Source: a virus
Length of the DNA: 64,000 bases
Virus record (IMG/VR): IMGVR_UViG_3300027659_000010
Reading direction: 5' to 3' (one strand)
Of this stretch, positions 1 through 8,316 are shown piece by piece. Both the position numbers and the translations under genes were made by a program. Every line of letters starts with the position of its first letter. Position 1 is the stretch's first letter. The notes below the pieces were generated by a model that was given only the letters and a program-made list of their open reading frames with translations, ran no database searches and had not been told where the DNA came from.

Positions 1-228
1 CTGTTGACCTTGATGATAGAAGCCCTGTTGATTGGGATCCATGCCCGCATCAATCATTCTGCGTTTGTCTGGGTCGTTCAGTGCTTCATAGGCCGTGGAG
101 ATTTCTTTGAATTTGGCCTGATCACCACCTCGATCGGGATGATGTTTCATAGCCATTGCTCGATAGGCTTTTTTGATTTCGGCGTCTGTGGCGCCTCTTT
201 TTAATCCTAGGGTAGAGTAATAATCCAT
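1..228 (-). CDS. dnaJ: DnaJ/J-domain chaperone, N-terminal part (runs off window start)
   Basis: Not in ORF track. Manual translation from ATG 228 gives [57 protein letters not shown], a classic J-domain with the HPD motif. Confidence 0.93.
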   Translation of the reverse strand, partial: MDYYSTLGLKRGATDAEIKKAYRAMAMKHHPDRGGDQAKFKEISTAYEALNDPDKRRMIDAGMDPNQQGFYHQGQQ

Positions 229-234
229 GTTTAC

Positions 235-263
235 AGTATACAATAAAAATAGGACTACGTCAA
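235..263 (-). promoter_or_regulatory. sigma70-type promoter of dnaJ (leaderless)
   Basis: TTGACG-17nt-TATACT on the minus strand; predicted +1 falls on the ATG at 228. Confidence 0.6.
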
Positions 264-272
264 GTAGTCCTA
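250..272 (-). terminator. intrinsic terminator after lysis cassette
   Basis: Hairpin TAGGACTAC-TTGAC-GTAGTCCTA followed by TTTTT on the minus strand. Confidence 0.65.
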
Positions 273-302
273 AGTATTTACTACAGATTTACTGAGCGGA
301 GA

Positions 303-524
303 TTATTTTTTTACTGGTACTTCGGTGCCTTCGTGCTTTTTATGCACTTTGACTTCTTTGCAGTTCTGTTTCGGTTTGTTAGTCTTTGGATCCATTACAG
401 GCTTGCCATCTTTGCCCTGTTGATTCACACAGACTTTTTTAGTTTCTGGTTTTTTATCTTCAGCACTATATACAGGCATGGCCATGGTAAGTGCGAGACC
501 TAGTGCTAGAATAATATTTTTCAT
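303..524 (-). CDS. small secreted Lys-rich protein
   Basis: Signal peptide (..AMPVYSA), two Cys, AAGGA SD; last gene of the lysis operon. Confidence 0.7.
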   Translation of the reverse strand: MKNIILALGLALTMAMPVYSAEDKKPETKKVCVNQQGKDGKPVMDPKTNKPKQNCKEVKVHKKHEGTEVPVKK

Positions 525-533
525 ATGTGTTCC

Positions 534-1046
534 TTATAGTTCTGGTTGATCAGGTTGCATGGGCATGGGTTTGCCTGTGCTGCTTAACGCTGTGTTTGGC
601 TTAGGTGCGCTTCCAAAGCTGCTTCCGCCAAAGCCTGCTGACGGGGAGTTAAACGGTCCTGTTCCAGCTGTTGCACTGCTAGCAAAGCCTGTTGCAACTG
701 GTGTTGCTGGAACAGGGTTAACTGCTGGACTTGGGGTAGTGTTGAGTCCTCCATTGTTTGCTCCATTAAGTTTTTCTTGTGTGCGTCCAAATGCCGCGAT
801 GCCTAGTACTGCTCCCATGGCTATATGAAATAGTCCAGCACCTTGCAGTGTCAATGGATTCCATTGTGTAATAGGTGTACTTGTAATAGTTTGTAGTAGG
901 CTCCAAAGAATTGGAAATATCACCATGTCAAATAGGCATATGCCCATATACATCCAGCCCATCATCGGACGCCATTTTGAATTCATCCAATCTTCTTTCT
1001 TCTTTTCAGCCGCACTCATTTTTTCATATTCTTCTTGGGTTGCCAT
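534..1046 (-). CDS. putative holin (3TM/GTA-type holin-like)
   Basis: KWRPMMGWMY..C.FD...P motif, hydrophobic helices, located in the endolysin/spanin operon. Confidence 0.65.
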   Translation of the reverse strand: MATQEEYEKMSAAEKKKEDWMNSKWRPMMGWMYMGICLFDMVIFPILWSLLQTITSTPITQWNPLTLQGAGLFHIAMGAVLGIAAFGRTQEKLNGANNGGLNTTPSPAVNPVPATPVATGFASSATAGTGPFNSPSAGFGGSSFGSAPKPNTALSSTGKPMPMQPDQPEL

Positions 1047-1066
1047 GTTATTCGCTCCTACTGTAA

Positions 1067-1186
1067 TTATTGCTTTTTGGCCAACATAGCCTGGATCTTT
1101 TCTTGTACAGCCTTAGCCCAAAACGGCTGTGGAAAATTCCAACCTATAAATGCTCCAACTGCTATCCATAATAGTATATCTAACAT
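1067..1186 (-). CDS. 39-aa single-TM protein in lysis cassette
   Basis: Not in ORF track. MLDILLWIAVGAFIGWNFPQPFWAKAVQEKIQAMLAKKQ with AAGGAG SD; fills the gap between o-spanin and holin. Confidence 0.75.
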   Translation of the reverse strand: MLDILLWIAVGAFIGWNFPQPFWAKAVQEKIQAMLAKKQ

Positions 1187-1204
1187 AGTTCGCTCCTTGA
1201 TGTA

Positions 1205-1468
1205 TTATTTAACTGATTCGAAGATTTTCTTCTGATCTCGGTACCATTCCTGCCATGCATCTGTTTTAGTCTTGCATTCATGATATTTACCGTAATTTCG
1301 GACCACAATTTCAAGAGTTCGACTAAGTTGTTTTGTTTCTGCAGGCGTTTTCTCCAGTTCAGGACAGGGTATATTAAGTTCCGCTGGTACGCTTGGAAAT
1401 TTAATAGTCACTGGCACAGTGGTTGAGCAGCCGGCCAACAGCAGCACAAACAGCAGTAGATATTTCAT
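1205..1468 (-). CDS. o-spanin-like outer membrane lipoprotein (Rz1-like)
   Basis: Lipobox LLLAGC, Pro-rich start, C-terminal Cys/helix; ATGA overlap with the i-spanin. Confidence 0.75.
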   Translation of the reverse strand: MKYLLLFVLLLAGCSTTVPVTIKFPSVPAELNIPCPELEKTPAETKQLSRTLEIVVRNYGKYHECKTKTDAWQEWYRDQKKIFESVK

Positions 1469-1932
1469 TTGACTTCTTCCTTACTAGGATCAGATGCTGC
1501 TTTATTGAGTATGTCGACGGCTGCGGGATCTATCTCACATTTAGCGTCAATTATTTTTTCCACTTCTTTGATTCTGTCAATGTATTCTATTTCTTTTTGT
1601 TTAATTACCTTTGTTTTGTATACAATTTTCTCTTGAATAACTGTATTGACTTTCTGACTTTTTTCTTCTGCGATCTTTACTTTTGCTTCTAATTCTCTAA
1701 CACGTTCGCGCCACAGTATTTCCGTACCATAGCTGCCGAACATATATACCCCTATCATCAACACGCCTACACCGATTAATTCTGACGGTAGCTTGTACTG
1801 CGACATCAAAGGAATCCACGCTACCAATTTGCTGGCCACGTAAAGTCCTGCCCCTAGTATCATCAGTGCATAAGTTACCCAAACAAAAAAACTATCTGGA
1901 ATCAATCCCAGCATCCACCCCAACTGACTCAT
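1465..1932 (-). CDS. i-spanin-like inner membrane protein (Rz-like)
   Basis: N-terminal TM helices, coiled coil, C-terminal Cys; directly follows the endolysin. Confidence 0.7.
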   Translation of the reverse strand: MSQLGWMLGLIPDSFFVWVTYALMILGAGLYVASKLVAWIPLMSQYKLPSELIGVGVLMIGVYMFGSYGTEILWRERVRELEAKVKIAEEKSQKVNTVIQEKIVYKTKVIKQKEIEYIDRIKEVEKIIDAKCEIDPAAVDILNKAASDPSKEEVK

Positions 1933-1935
1933 TTA

Positions 1936-2562
1936 TCAGTCTCCAAAGATATGCAGTGCGTGTTCGTAGTGTTTGATGCGATCTTCGAGACCGATAGTAC
2001 CACCGTTGATGCGTTTGGTCAGCGTCAGTATATCACCTGCATCGGCCCACTTGTTGAGATTGTTCTGTTCCCAAAAGAAACAAGCACTCTGCACAGCACC
2101 CTCAAATGTCTGTAGATACTCTGAAGCTTCTTCTACTGGAATATCTAGACTGGCTGCGAAAAATGTATAGTTGTCTTTACCTGTGAGCTGTATCAATCCT
2201 CGACCACAGTAGCGCCATCCATCGCCTGATGCTTCATCTCCATTGCCCATTCTATTGGCATAGACTCTGTTGGCTATGCGTTCTGGTTTGTTTGCATAAG
2301 CAGCTGCGGTAGCATCATCAGGAAAGTATTTAGGAAATACCTTGCGCAGACTGGCGGCCTTGTAATTGAGGTTCTCTTTGAGAAAAACAAATCCACCGCT
2401 TTCATGAGCGCACTGTGCCAGAAAGGCAGCCACACGCTGTGGTGTATTGATTTCATATTCTGGAAGTATGCTTGAAATAGCCTCATACCATTGTGATACA
2501 TAAGGATTCCGTGGAATCATTTCCTTTAATTGTTCTTTGGTAAAATTAAATGTAAAGCTCAT
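1936..2562 (-). CDS. glycoside hydrolase family 19 endolysin
   Basis: AAFLAQCAHESGG, ENLNY, YCGRGLIQLTGKDNY and TKRINGG motifs. Confidence 0.93.
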   Translation of the reverse strand: MSFTFNFTKEQLKEMIPRNPYVSQWYEAISSILPEYEINTPQRVAAFLAQCAHESGGFVFLKENLNYKAASLRKVFPKYFPDDATAAAYANKPERIANRVYANRMGNGDEASGDGWRYCGRGLIQLTGKDNYTFFAASLDIPVEEASEYLQTFEGAVQSACFFWEQNNLNKWADAGDILTLTKRINGGTIGLEDRIKHYEHALHIFGD

Positions 2563-2564
2563 TG

Positions 2565-3311
2565 TTATGTCCTTTTAAGTAGCATAGACCTTGCGCCGTT
2601 ATTGAAAACAAAGTTTTCACCGATTTTATTTATGTGGTAGTCCCCTAATACTTTAGTAAGCCAAAACATTTCACTGCTAGCTGCCTCGTCCACAGTATAG
2701 CCATCTTCTATGCCTTCTAATATGGATTCTGTGGCACCGTCTTTGATGATCTGTAGTTTTACTGTTCTGTCAAAGGGTTTGTGTATGGTTATGATGTCAC
2801 CGTCCAGCGTGAGATCATCCATGAGAGTTTTTGTGAAAAAGCCACGCACACTTTCTGTGCGCATGCGATCCATCAGTCCTTGATATGCAGAAGAATTGTC
2901 AGGAATCTTTTTCTTGAGATTTTCTTCAGTGGCTTCGTGTACTTGGCTTTCTTTATAATATTTAAATTTTAGATCATCTAGGCCTGTGAGCTTTTTTACA
3001 CCGTAGGCGAGTTCTTTGATCTGCTCAGACAATTTAGCTGTGCGAGCTATTTCAACAAACACAGAGTATTCTCCACGGTTGTCTTCTCCGCTGCTGACAT
3101 CTGCGTCTAACACAAAAGCATATCCCTTTTCGATAAATTCCATTAGATCCTTGGCCGGTGAACGATCGTTGACCTTGAAACTGATCACACATACGTCTTG
3201 ATCCTCGCCCATCTTGGATCTAAAAGAATCTACCTCGAAGGTTGGATGGACCATCTCTTTGAGATCGTAGGCTCTGAGACCTTCGTTAAGCTGCTGGTGC
3301 TGGTTGTGCAT
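2565..3311 (-). CDS. hypothetical phage protein
   Basis: Long ORF; start placed at ATG 3311 (track start 3371) to reduce overlap with the upstream gene. Confidence 0.7.
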   Translation of the reverse strand: MHNQHQQLNEGLRAYDLKEMVHPTFEVDSFRSKMGEDQDVCVISFKVNDRSPAKDLMEFIEKGYAFVLDADVSSGEDNRGEYSVFVEIARTAKLSEQIKELAYGVKKLTGLDDLKFKYYKESQVHEATEENLKKKIPDNSSAYQGLMDRMRTESVRGFFTKTLMDDLTLDGDIITIHKPFDRTVKLQIIKDGATESILEGIEDGYTVDEAASSEMFWLTKVLGDYHINKIGENFVFNNGARSMLLKRT

Positions 3312-3819
3312 TTGCCATTTCCTGTGCTTGTTGTTCTGCAGGATCAATCTGTGCATTAACTCCTGATGCACTGACTATGTCCTCTATCTTGTTCTTGTCT
3401 AGTTCTGTGTAGCCTCGATTGATATCGTTCATCAGTTTCTTAGGCATGGTTATTTTAATCATCCAAACGGGTTCTTGATCGATCTTGCCTTTGCGTGTGC
3501 CAGGGCGGATGTCATCGGGGGTCTTGATCTTACGTACTTTTGATATCGCGGTTTCAGCTATCTGTACCTTGCAGCCGTATTCTAACAGTCTTTTTCCGCC
3601 TGCAGGCTCCGGCAGGTCTTTTTCGGGCCACATAAATGTACATTCCACGAAATATCTGGATTCTTTAGGACCAGATACCAGTTCTCCGTCCAGCCAGTTG
3701 TCGTAGACATAGACATCTAGTTCATCGATCACACGTTCGAAGTCTTTGAGTAAATTCAAGCTGTTATTAGAACCGTAAACCTGTTCTATGTTAGCTATAA
3801 CGTCTTTAATATCTGCCAT
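3286..3819 (-). CDS. hypothetical phage protein (late)
   Basis: Start MADIK at 3819 with GGGAGA SD, behind a TAAATA box at 3834-3839. Confidence 0.75.
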   Translation of the reverse strand: MADIKDVIANIEQVYGSNNSLNLLKDFERVIDELDVYVYDNWLDGELVSGPKESRYFVECTFMWPEKDLPEPAGGKRLLEYGCKVQIAETAISKVRKIKTPDDIRPGTRKGKIDQEPVWMIKITMPKKLMNDINRGYTELDKNKIEDIVSASGVNAQIDPAEQQAQEMANAQPAPAA

Positions 3820-3959
3820 AGTATCTCCCTTTGTATTTATCGCCAAAAATCAAACATAACACTTTACTTTTCCCACCATTGGTTAAATACACTTGTGTTC
3901 GGCTACGGACACTACGGTTAGAGGTCCGTGCCTAACATTTACAGGAGGGCTAACCTTAT

Positions 3960-4700
3960 ATGAAGCGAAAAAGAGCGCAAGTACAGCAAAAACCGCAGTA
4001 TGATTCACGTTTTCCCAACAACGTTATAAATATTGATCAGAGATTGAACGAGAAACGCAAACGAGTTCAAATATATCCCAAGAATCTTAGCCAAGAAACT
4101 TACCTACTCAAACTAAACGATCCCAACAAAATGATTATATTCGCTATCGGTCCAGCCGGTACGGGTAAAACCATGCTGGGTGTTCAGTGGGCAGTGGATC
4201 AATTAAAATACGGATCAGCTGATAAGATCATCATAACGCGGCCTGCTGTGAGTGTTGATGAGCAACACGGTTTCTTGCCCGGGGATCTAAATGAAAAAAT
4301 GGAACCTTGGACCAAGCCTATTTTTGATGTGTTCACGGAAAATTTCAACGCCAGAGAGATAGAAAACTTTGTGAAAGAGGGGGTGATAGAAACCAGTCCT
4401 TTGGCCTACATGCGTGGAAGAACTTTCAAAAACGCAGTGATTGTCGCAGACGAAATGCAGAATGCCACACCTAGCCAGATGAAGATGCTGCTAACGAGGC
4501 TGGGGCAAGGATCTAAGATGGTGGTAACAGGAGATCTACAACAGGCAGATCGTCCCAGCACCAACGGGCTGTTGGAGTTTTTACATCTCTACAACAACTT
4601 CCAAGGTCATCGATATGTAGATCTTGTAGAGTTTGATATAGAAGATGTAGAGCGACATGAAGCAGTCAAAGAGATATTGTCTATTTACGGCGATACTTAA
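3960..4700 (+). CDS. phoH: PhoH-family ATPase
   Basis: GPAGTGKT P-loop, GFLPGD, LAYMRGRTF, DEMQN, VVTGDLQQ. Confidence 0.95.
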   Translation: MKRKRAQVQQKPQYDSRFPNNVINIDQRLNEKRKRVQIYPKNLSQETYLLKLNDPNKMIIFAIGPAGTGKTMLGVQWAVDQLKYGSADKIIITRPAVSVDEQHGFLPGDLNEKMEPWTKPIFDVFTENFNAREIENFVKEGVIETSPLAYMRGRTFKNAVIVADEMQNATPSQMKMLLTRLGQGSKMVVTGDLQQADRPSTNGLLEFLHLYNNFQGHRYVDLVEFDIEDVERHEAVKEILSIYGDT

Positions 4701-4718
4701 ACTTATATAAGGAGATAC

Positions 4719-4738
4719 AAGGGGTCTAAGGACCCCTT
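4719..4738. terminator. hairpin between convergent genes
   Basis: AAGGGGTC-TAAG-GACCCCTT inverted repeat between phoH and the convergent gene. Confidence 0.5.
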
Positions 4739-5231
4739 AGTCGTTTACAGCATTGCCTTCAGAGTCAACTTCCAGCCAGGTATAGTCTCCCAGCCATTTT
4801 ACACGGCAGATATAGTCATAGTGTTGAGGAGCACCAGTGCACCACTCATCGGGGCCCTGATGAACTAATATTGTTCCCCCATGACGAGTATCATGTGCCA
4901 ACCAATATATCTGGCCATGATAGGTCTGGAATTGATACTTGGCGGCATGAACCCAATCAGTGATTTCTAATCTACGCTTGATACTTGCAGCCTGCGTCTG
5001 TAACACAGTCACCAACTGCATGATACGATTGTATTCCTGTTGACCGTGCATGCGGGCCACATTGACCATCACGTCTTTCTGCTTCTCGATGGGAATCAGA
5101 TCAAAAGCAGGAGACCCTACCTCTGTGGGATAAGGAGTAACGTTCTTATTAAAAAACGCAACTAGACTGTTATCTATCTTAGCATCAAAACTGTCTCGGC
5201 CTTTGGCCAAGTTTGATTTTTCATCCGACAT
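4737..5231 (-). CDS. conserved hypothetical protein (DUF2452-like)
   Basis: 164-aa ORF in operon; YPTEVGSPAF and D.TW motifs recall DUF2452. Confidence 0.55.
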   Translation of the reverse strand: MSDEKSNLAKGRDSFDAKIDNSLVAFFNKNVTPYPTEVGSPAFDLIPIEKQKDVMVNVARMHGQQEYNRIMQLVTVLQTQAASIKRRLEITDWVHAAKYQFQTYHGQIYWLAHDTRHGGTILVHQGPDEWCTGAPQHYDYICRVKWLGDYTWLEVDSEGNAVND

Positions 5232-6144
5232 TTAATTTGGCAAGTCTAATCAAGGTAGCAGACAGATTGATTTCGCTGTCTGCACAGACCACATGATCTA
5301 TCAGTCCCTGTTTGATCAGCAGCACAGCTTTGTGTTGATTTTCCTCAGAGCCAAAGATCTCAAGATTCGTATATAGCCAACGATATACTTCGATCATTTC
5401 ATCGGCCTGTATCTTGCCACACAGCATCTTGCGAGCTTCGTTGATCTTACCGGCCTTGAACAGTTCCACCATGTCAAACTTCCATTCCAAGGTGCCCGTG
5501 TCGCTGTCGCTGGGCATGGTCAGTTTGCCCTGTGTGGCGTGTTGTTGCAGCAGATTAAGACATTTGCGCAGATCGGGATAGGCCACCTTGACATAGTTGT
5601 CTAAGGTGTCGAGATCAAAATCTATGCCTTCTTCCACCAACACAGTGGCAGCTCTAGCTGTGTACTCAGTTTGATCCAGTTTGGTAAAGTGAAACTGCTG
5701 GCAACGACTATGGATCGCGGGCACGATCATGTTAGGCGTATTACAGGTCAATATGAATCTGCTGAAGTTGGAGTATTCTTCCATGACACCTTTGAGAGCA
5801 TCCTGCGCAAATGGGGTCAGTCGATCTGCTTCATCCAGTAGCACCACTTTGAAAGGACCGAATGGAATCATGCTGACAAAGTTAGTGATCTTTTCTTTCA
5901 TGAGATCTAGGCCACGTTCCCGGCTGGCATTAATCTCTAGAACATCATAGTCCTCGATACCGATCTCACTGATCAGCAGTTTGGCCATAGTGGTTTTACC
6001 TATGCCTGGTGTACCGCTCAGCAGTAGATGAGGGATGCTTTTTTCTCGGATCCATGCTTCAACCTGTTTGCGCTGATTATCATCACGCCAAACATATTCA
6101 CTGATTTTTTTCGGACGGTATTTTTCAACCCATAGTTCTTTCAT
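5221..6144 (-). CDS. clamp loader AAA+ subunit (T4 gp44/RFC small-like)
   Basis: LWVEKYRP, GTPGIGKT Walker A, INAS, LLDEAD Walker B, SRC motif, DLRK. Confidence 0.93.
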   Translation of the reverse strand: MKELWVEKYRPKKISEYVWRDDNQRKQVEAWIREKSIPHLLLSGTPGIGKTTMAKLLISEIGIEDYDVLEINASRERGLDLMKEKITNFVSMIPFGPFKVVLLDEADRLTPFAQDALKGVMEEYSNFSRFILTCNTPNMIVPAIHSRCQQFHFTKLDQTEYTARAATVLVEEGIDFDLDTLDNYVKVAYPDLRKCLNLLQQHATQGKLTMPSDSDTGTLEWKFDMVELFKAGKINEARKMLCGKIQADEMIEVYRWLYTNLEIFGSEENQHKAVLLIKQGLIDHVVCADSEINLSATLIRLAKLNVG

Positions 6145-6153
6145 CGCGACCCC

Positions 6154-6393
6154 TTAAGACTTTAATATCTTAATGATACGCTTTTTTTCCTGTTCTTGCA
6201 ACCAGTCCTTCTCCAAATCCCCGAAGTCTGGAGAATCTGCTAGTGCAGCGTCTACCAGTGCCTTGACCTGATATAGATCCTGTTTGGCATAGAAGGCAGT
6301 GAATCCATCGTTGTATGGACTCTGGCATTCTCTGGCCAAGGCATTAAGTTGATTTGAGATATCAGATACATCCCAACTTTTTCGGAATCCCAT
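6154..6393 (-). CDS. hypothetical protein
   Basis: 79-aa ORF, TAATG-coupled to the GroES-like gene. Confidence 0.7.
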   Translation of the reverse strand: MGFRKSWDVSDISNQLNALARECQSPYNDGFTAFYAKQDLYQVKALVDAALADSPDFGDLEKDWLQEQEKKRIIKILKS

Positions 6394-6815
6394 TAGTTAA
6401 ACTTCGACATGTTCCCAGGTAGGAAATCTTGCGGACTTATGTTCGTACTAGATCCATTAGAGAATTCTTGACCTATATAGAAGTCGTTGGGCTTTTGATC
6501 TGCGACAGCTATTACAGCAGAAACTTCGACTTTCTGGACTTCTTTGACGCTTTCACCGTCGTCGATTTTGATCTTGCGGGTCCAGCGACCGTGTTCAATC
6601 AGTATCCATTGACCAGGTTCAACATCTAGTTCACAGCTAGCACCTACTTTATAAACCTGTGCCCAACGTGGTTTTACTCCATGAGCCTTACCATCGTCGC
6701 TGTGGATTACTATACCTGCAGCAGTTGTCTGCTCTCCCATATCCATGCCATGCACAAGGATGTCTTGCGTCAAAGGGCGGACCTGCATTTTTCGTGCTTC
6801 GAATGATGTAGTCAT
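6393..6815 (-). CDS. groES: GroES/Cpn10-like co-chaperonin
   Basis: VRPL.QDILV, EQTTAAGIVI, V.KVG and V.PG motifs, plus a C-terminal extension. Confidence 0.75.
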   Translation of the reverse strand: MTTSFEARKMQVRPLTQDILVHGMDMGEQTTAAGIVIHSDDGKAHGVKPRWAQVYKVGASCELDVEPGQWILIEHGRWTRKIKIDDGESVKEVQKVEVSAVIAVADQKPNDFYIGQEFSNGSSTNISPQDFLPGNMSKFN

Positions 6816-6818
6816 AGA

Positions 6819-7049
6819 TTACTTTTTATTACCACGTACAGCTACTTCTTCACGCATGGCGCCTGGATTCTGTGCATAGAAATCCTGAAGTACCTGTTCT
6901 CTGGTTCTTATGATTTTACCACCTTCACCTAACTCATCGCCACGAGCATTTACTCGCATATTGCCCACAGCTGGTGTTTTTTCATTACGTAGAGATAATT
7001 TCTCCATGTCAATTTCTTTGCCTCTCACGCTGGTATATGTTCTACCCAT
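6819..7049 (-). CDS. hypothetical protein
   Basis: 76-aa ORF with AAGGAG SD. Confidence 0.75.
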   Translation of the reverse strand: MGRTYTSVRGKEIDMEKLSLRNEKTPAVGNMRVNARGDELGEGGKIIRTREQVLQDFYAQNPGAMREEVAVRGNKK

Positions 7050-7515
7050 TTTGTTTCTCCTTAAAGAATTCTTCTATTGGTATGTCGTATTTAATCGGGT
7101 CTATCTTGTGCACCCCTATGATATGAAGCACATAACTGGCCACTGAACTGCCTCGACCTACTCCCCAAATTATGTTGTTGGCTCTAAGAGTATCTACTAT
7201 ATATTTCATAACATATAATACATCATACATACCGTTTGATATAAACAGTTCTAGTTCTTGCGATACTCTATCTCTTTGTTCGTCAGTGGTGCATTCGCCG
7301 TAAAGAAATTCTACCAAATTAGGGCAGTAATCGTTTGGAATAAACCAATGTGTTGGATCGATATCTTTTGGGGGAACAGGATAATGCAGATGTTCTTTTT
7401 GCAGTTGATCTATGTATTGACTTAAATCATCAGAAGTTTGACAATGTTCCAGTATATCCGGACCGTGTCTGAGAACACCTTGTATCAGTTGTTCAGTGGA
7501 GTTATTAATCGACAT
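7042..7515 (-). CDS. stand-alone fragment homologous to DNA polymerase III alpha (DnaE) palm N-part
   Basis: RVSQELELF..Y.VD.LR..WGVGRGSSVASYVLHIIGVHKIDPIKYDIPIEEFF matches the DnaE motif GPGRGS..GSLVAY.LGIT.IDP..Y.L.FERF. Confidence 0.8.
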   Translation of the reverse strand: MSINNSTEQLIQGVLRHGPDILEHCQTSDDLSQYIDQLQKEHLHYPVPPKDIDPTHWFIPNDYCPNLVEFLYGECTTDEQRDRVSQELELFISNGMYDVLYVMKYIVDTLRANNIIWGVGRGSSVASYVLHIIGVHKIDPIKYDIPIEEFFKEKQNG

Positions 7516-7735
7516 TGATCAATTGACCTAGATCACTATCTGTGCTTTTCATTTTGTCTGCATGCCTTTTAGCAAGTTCCTGTCTATATATTGTAATGAA
7601 AGTTGATAGCTGTGTCAAGAGATCTCTACTGCCCAAACGGGCTGCTGCGTGGTATTTTTTGTTCAATTCGATCAGTTTGTTTTCCACATCCTGATCTTTC
7701 ATTGTGCTCAAATCGCTTTCTAGGGGATGAAACAT
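7505..7735 (-). CDS. hypothetical protein
   Basis: 76-aa helical ORF coupled within the operon. Confidence 0.7.
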   Translation of the reverse strand: MFHPLESDLSTMKDQDVENKLIELNKKYHAAARLGSRDLLTQLSTFITIYRQELAKRHADKMKSTDSDLGQLINVD

Positions 7736-8316
7736 TAGCTGTATGCGCCTAGATAATTTAAAAATATCATGTCAGTGCTGTGTTGCCAAACTTCTATGAT
7801 CACAGGGTTGGTAGCAGAAGTTACAGTGAGACTGCCAGGAAATCCTGCGGATTTTTTCAACACAGTACTACCTGTGACTGTGAATGTAATGGTTCTTGCA
7901 GTACCGTCACCGTAGAGCTCTAGAGTGGCCTTGCCCACTTGCCCTAGACCTGTAACATCTACCGCAGCCACAGGAAACTCTGTAAACTGGATAGCACAAT
8001 TAGTTCCAAACTTTATGATATGATACATAGCCTGCTTGAAACTGACATCCTGGGTGCCTACCACTATAGCAGCACCGTAATCTTTCTTTCGGAAGTATGC
8101 GTCTTGTAGGGTTATAGAAGTAGCTATGTTATAATTGAAATCACTTTCAACATCTGTTCTGGCCACATTGTCCTGCAGATCTTCTATTTCAGTTTTGGCA
8201 GCAGAGAAGTTGGTTTTGATAGTATCAAAGTTATCTCTGAACACCTGTGTGTCGTTGTCCTGTCCAGCTACAGGAAAGTTTTCATTTATTGCTGCGAAAT
8301 TAATAAGGCTTGTCAA
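7735..8316 (-). CDS. virion structural protein (baseplate/tail-associated)
   Basis: N-terminal FPVAGQDNDTQVFRDNF motif and coiled coil; follows the baseplate-like gene. Confidence 0.6.
   Translation of the reverse strand: MTSLINFAAINENFPVAGQDNDTQVFRDNFDTIKTNFSAAKTEIEDLQDNVARTDVESDFNYNIATSITLQDAYFRKKDYGAAIVVGTQDVSFKQAMYHIIKFGTNCAIQFTEFPVAAVDVTGLGQVGKATLELYGDGTARTITFTVTGSTVLKKSAGFPGSLTVTSATNPVIIEVWQHSTDMIFLNYLGAYS

Noticed and set aside
4-204. 66-aa plus-strand ORF and the many other short antisense or nested ORFs in the track
   Set aside because: They lie opposite or inside well-supported genes (here dnaJ) and show no independent signals.
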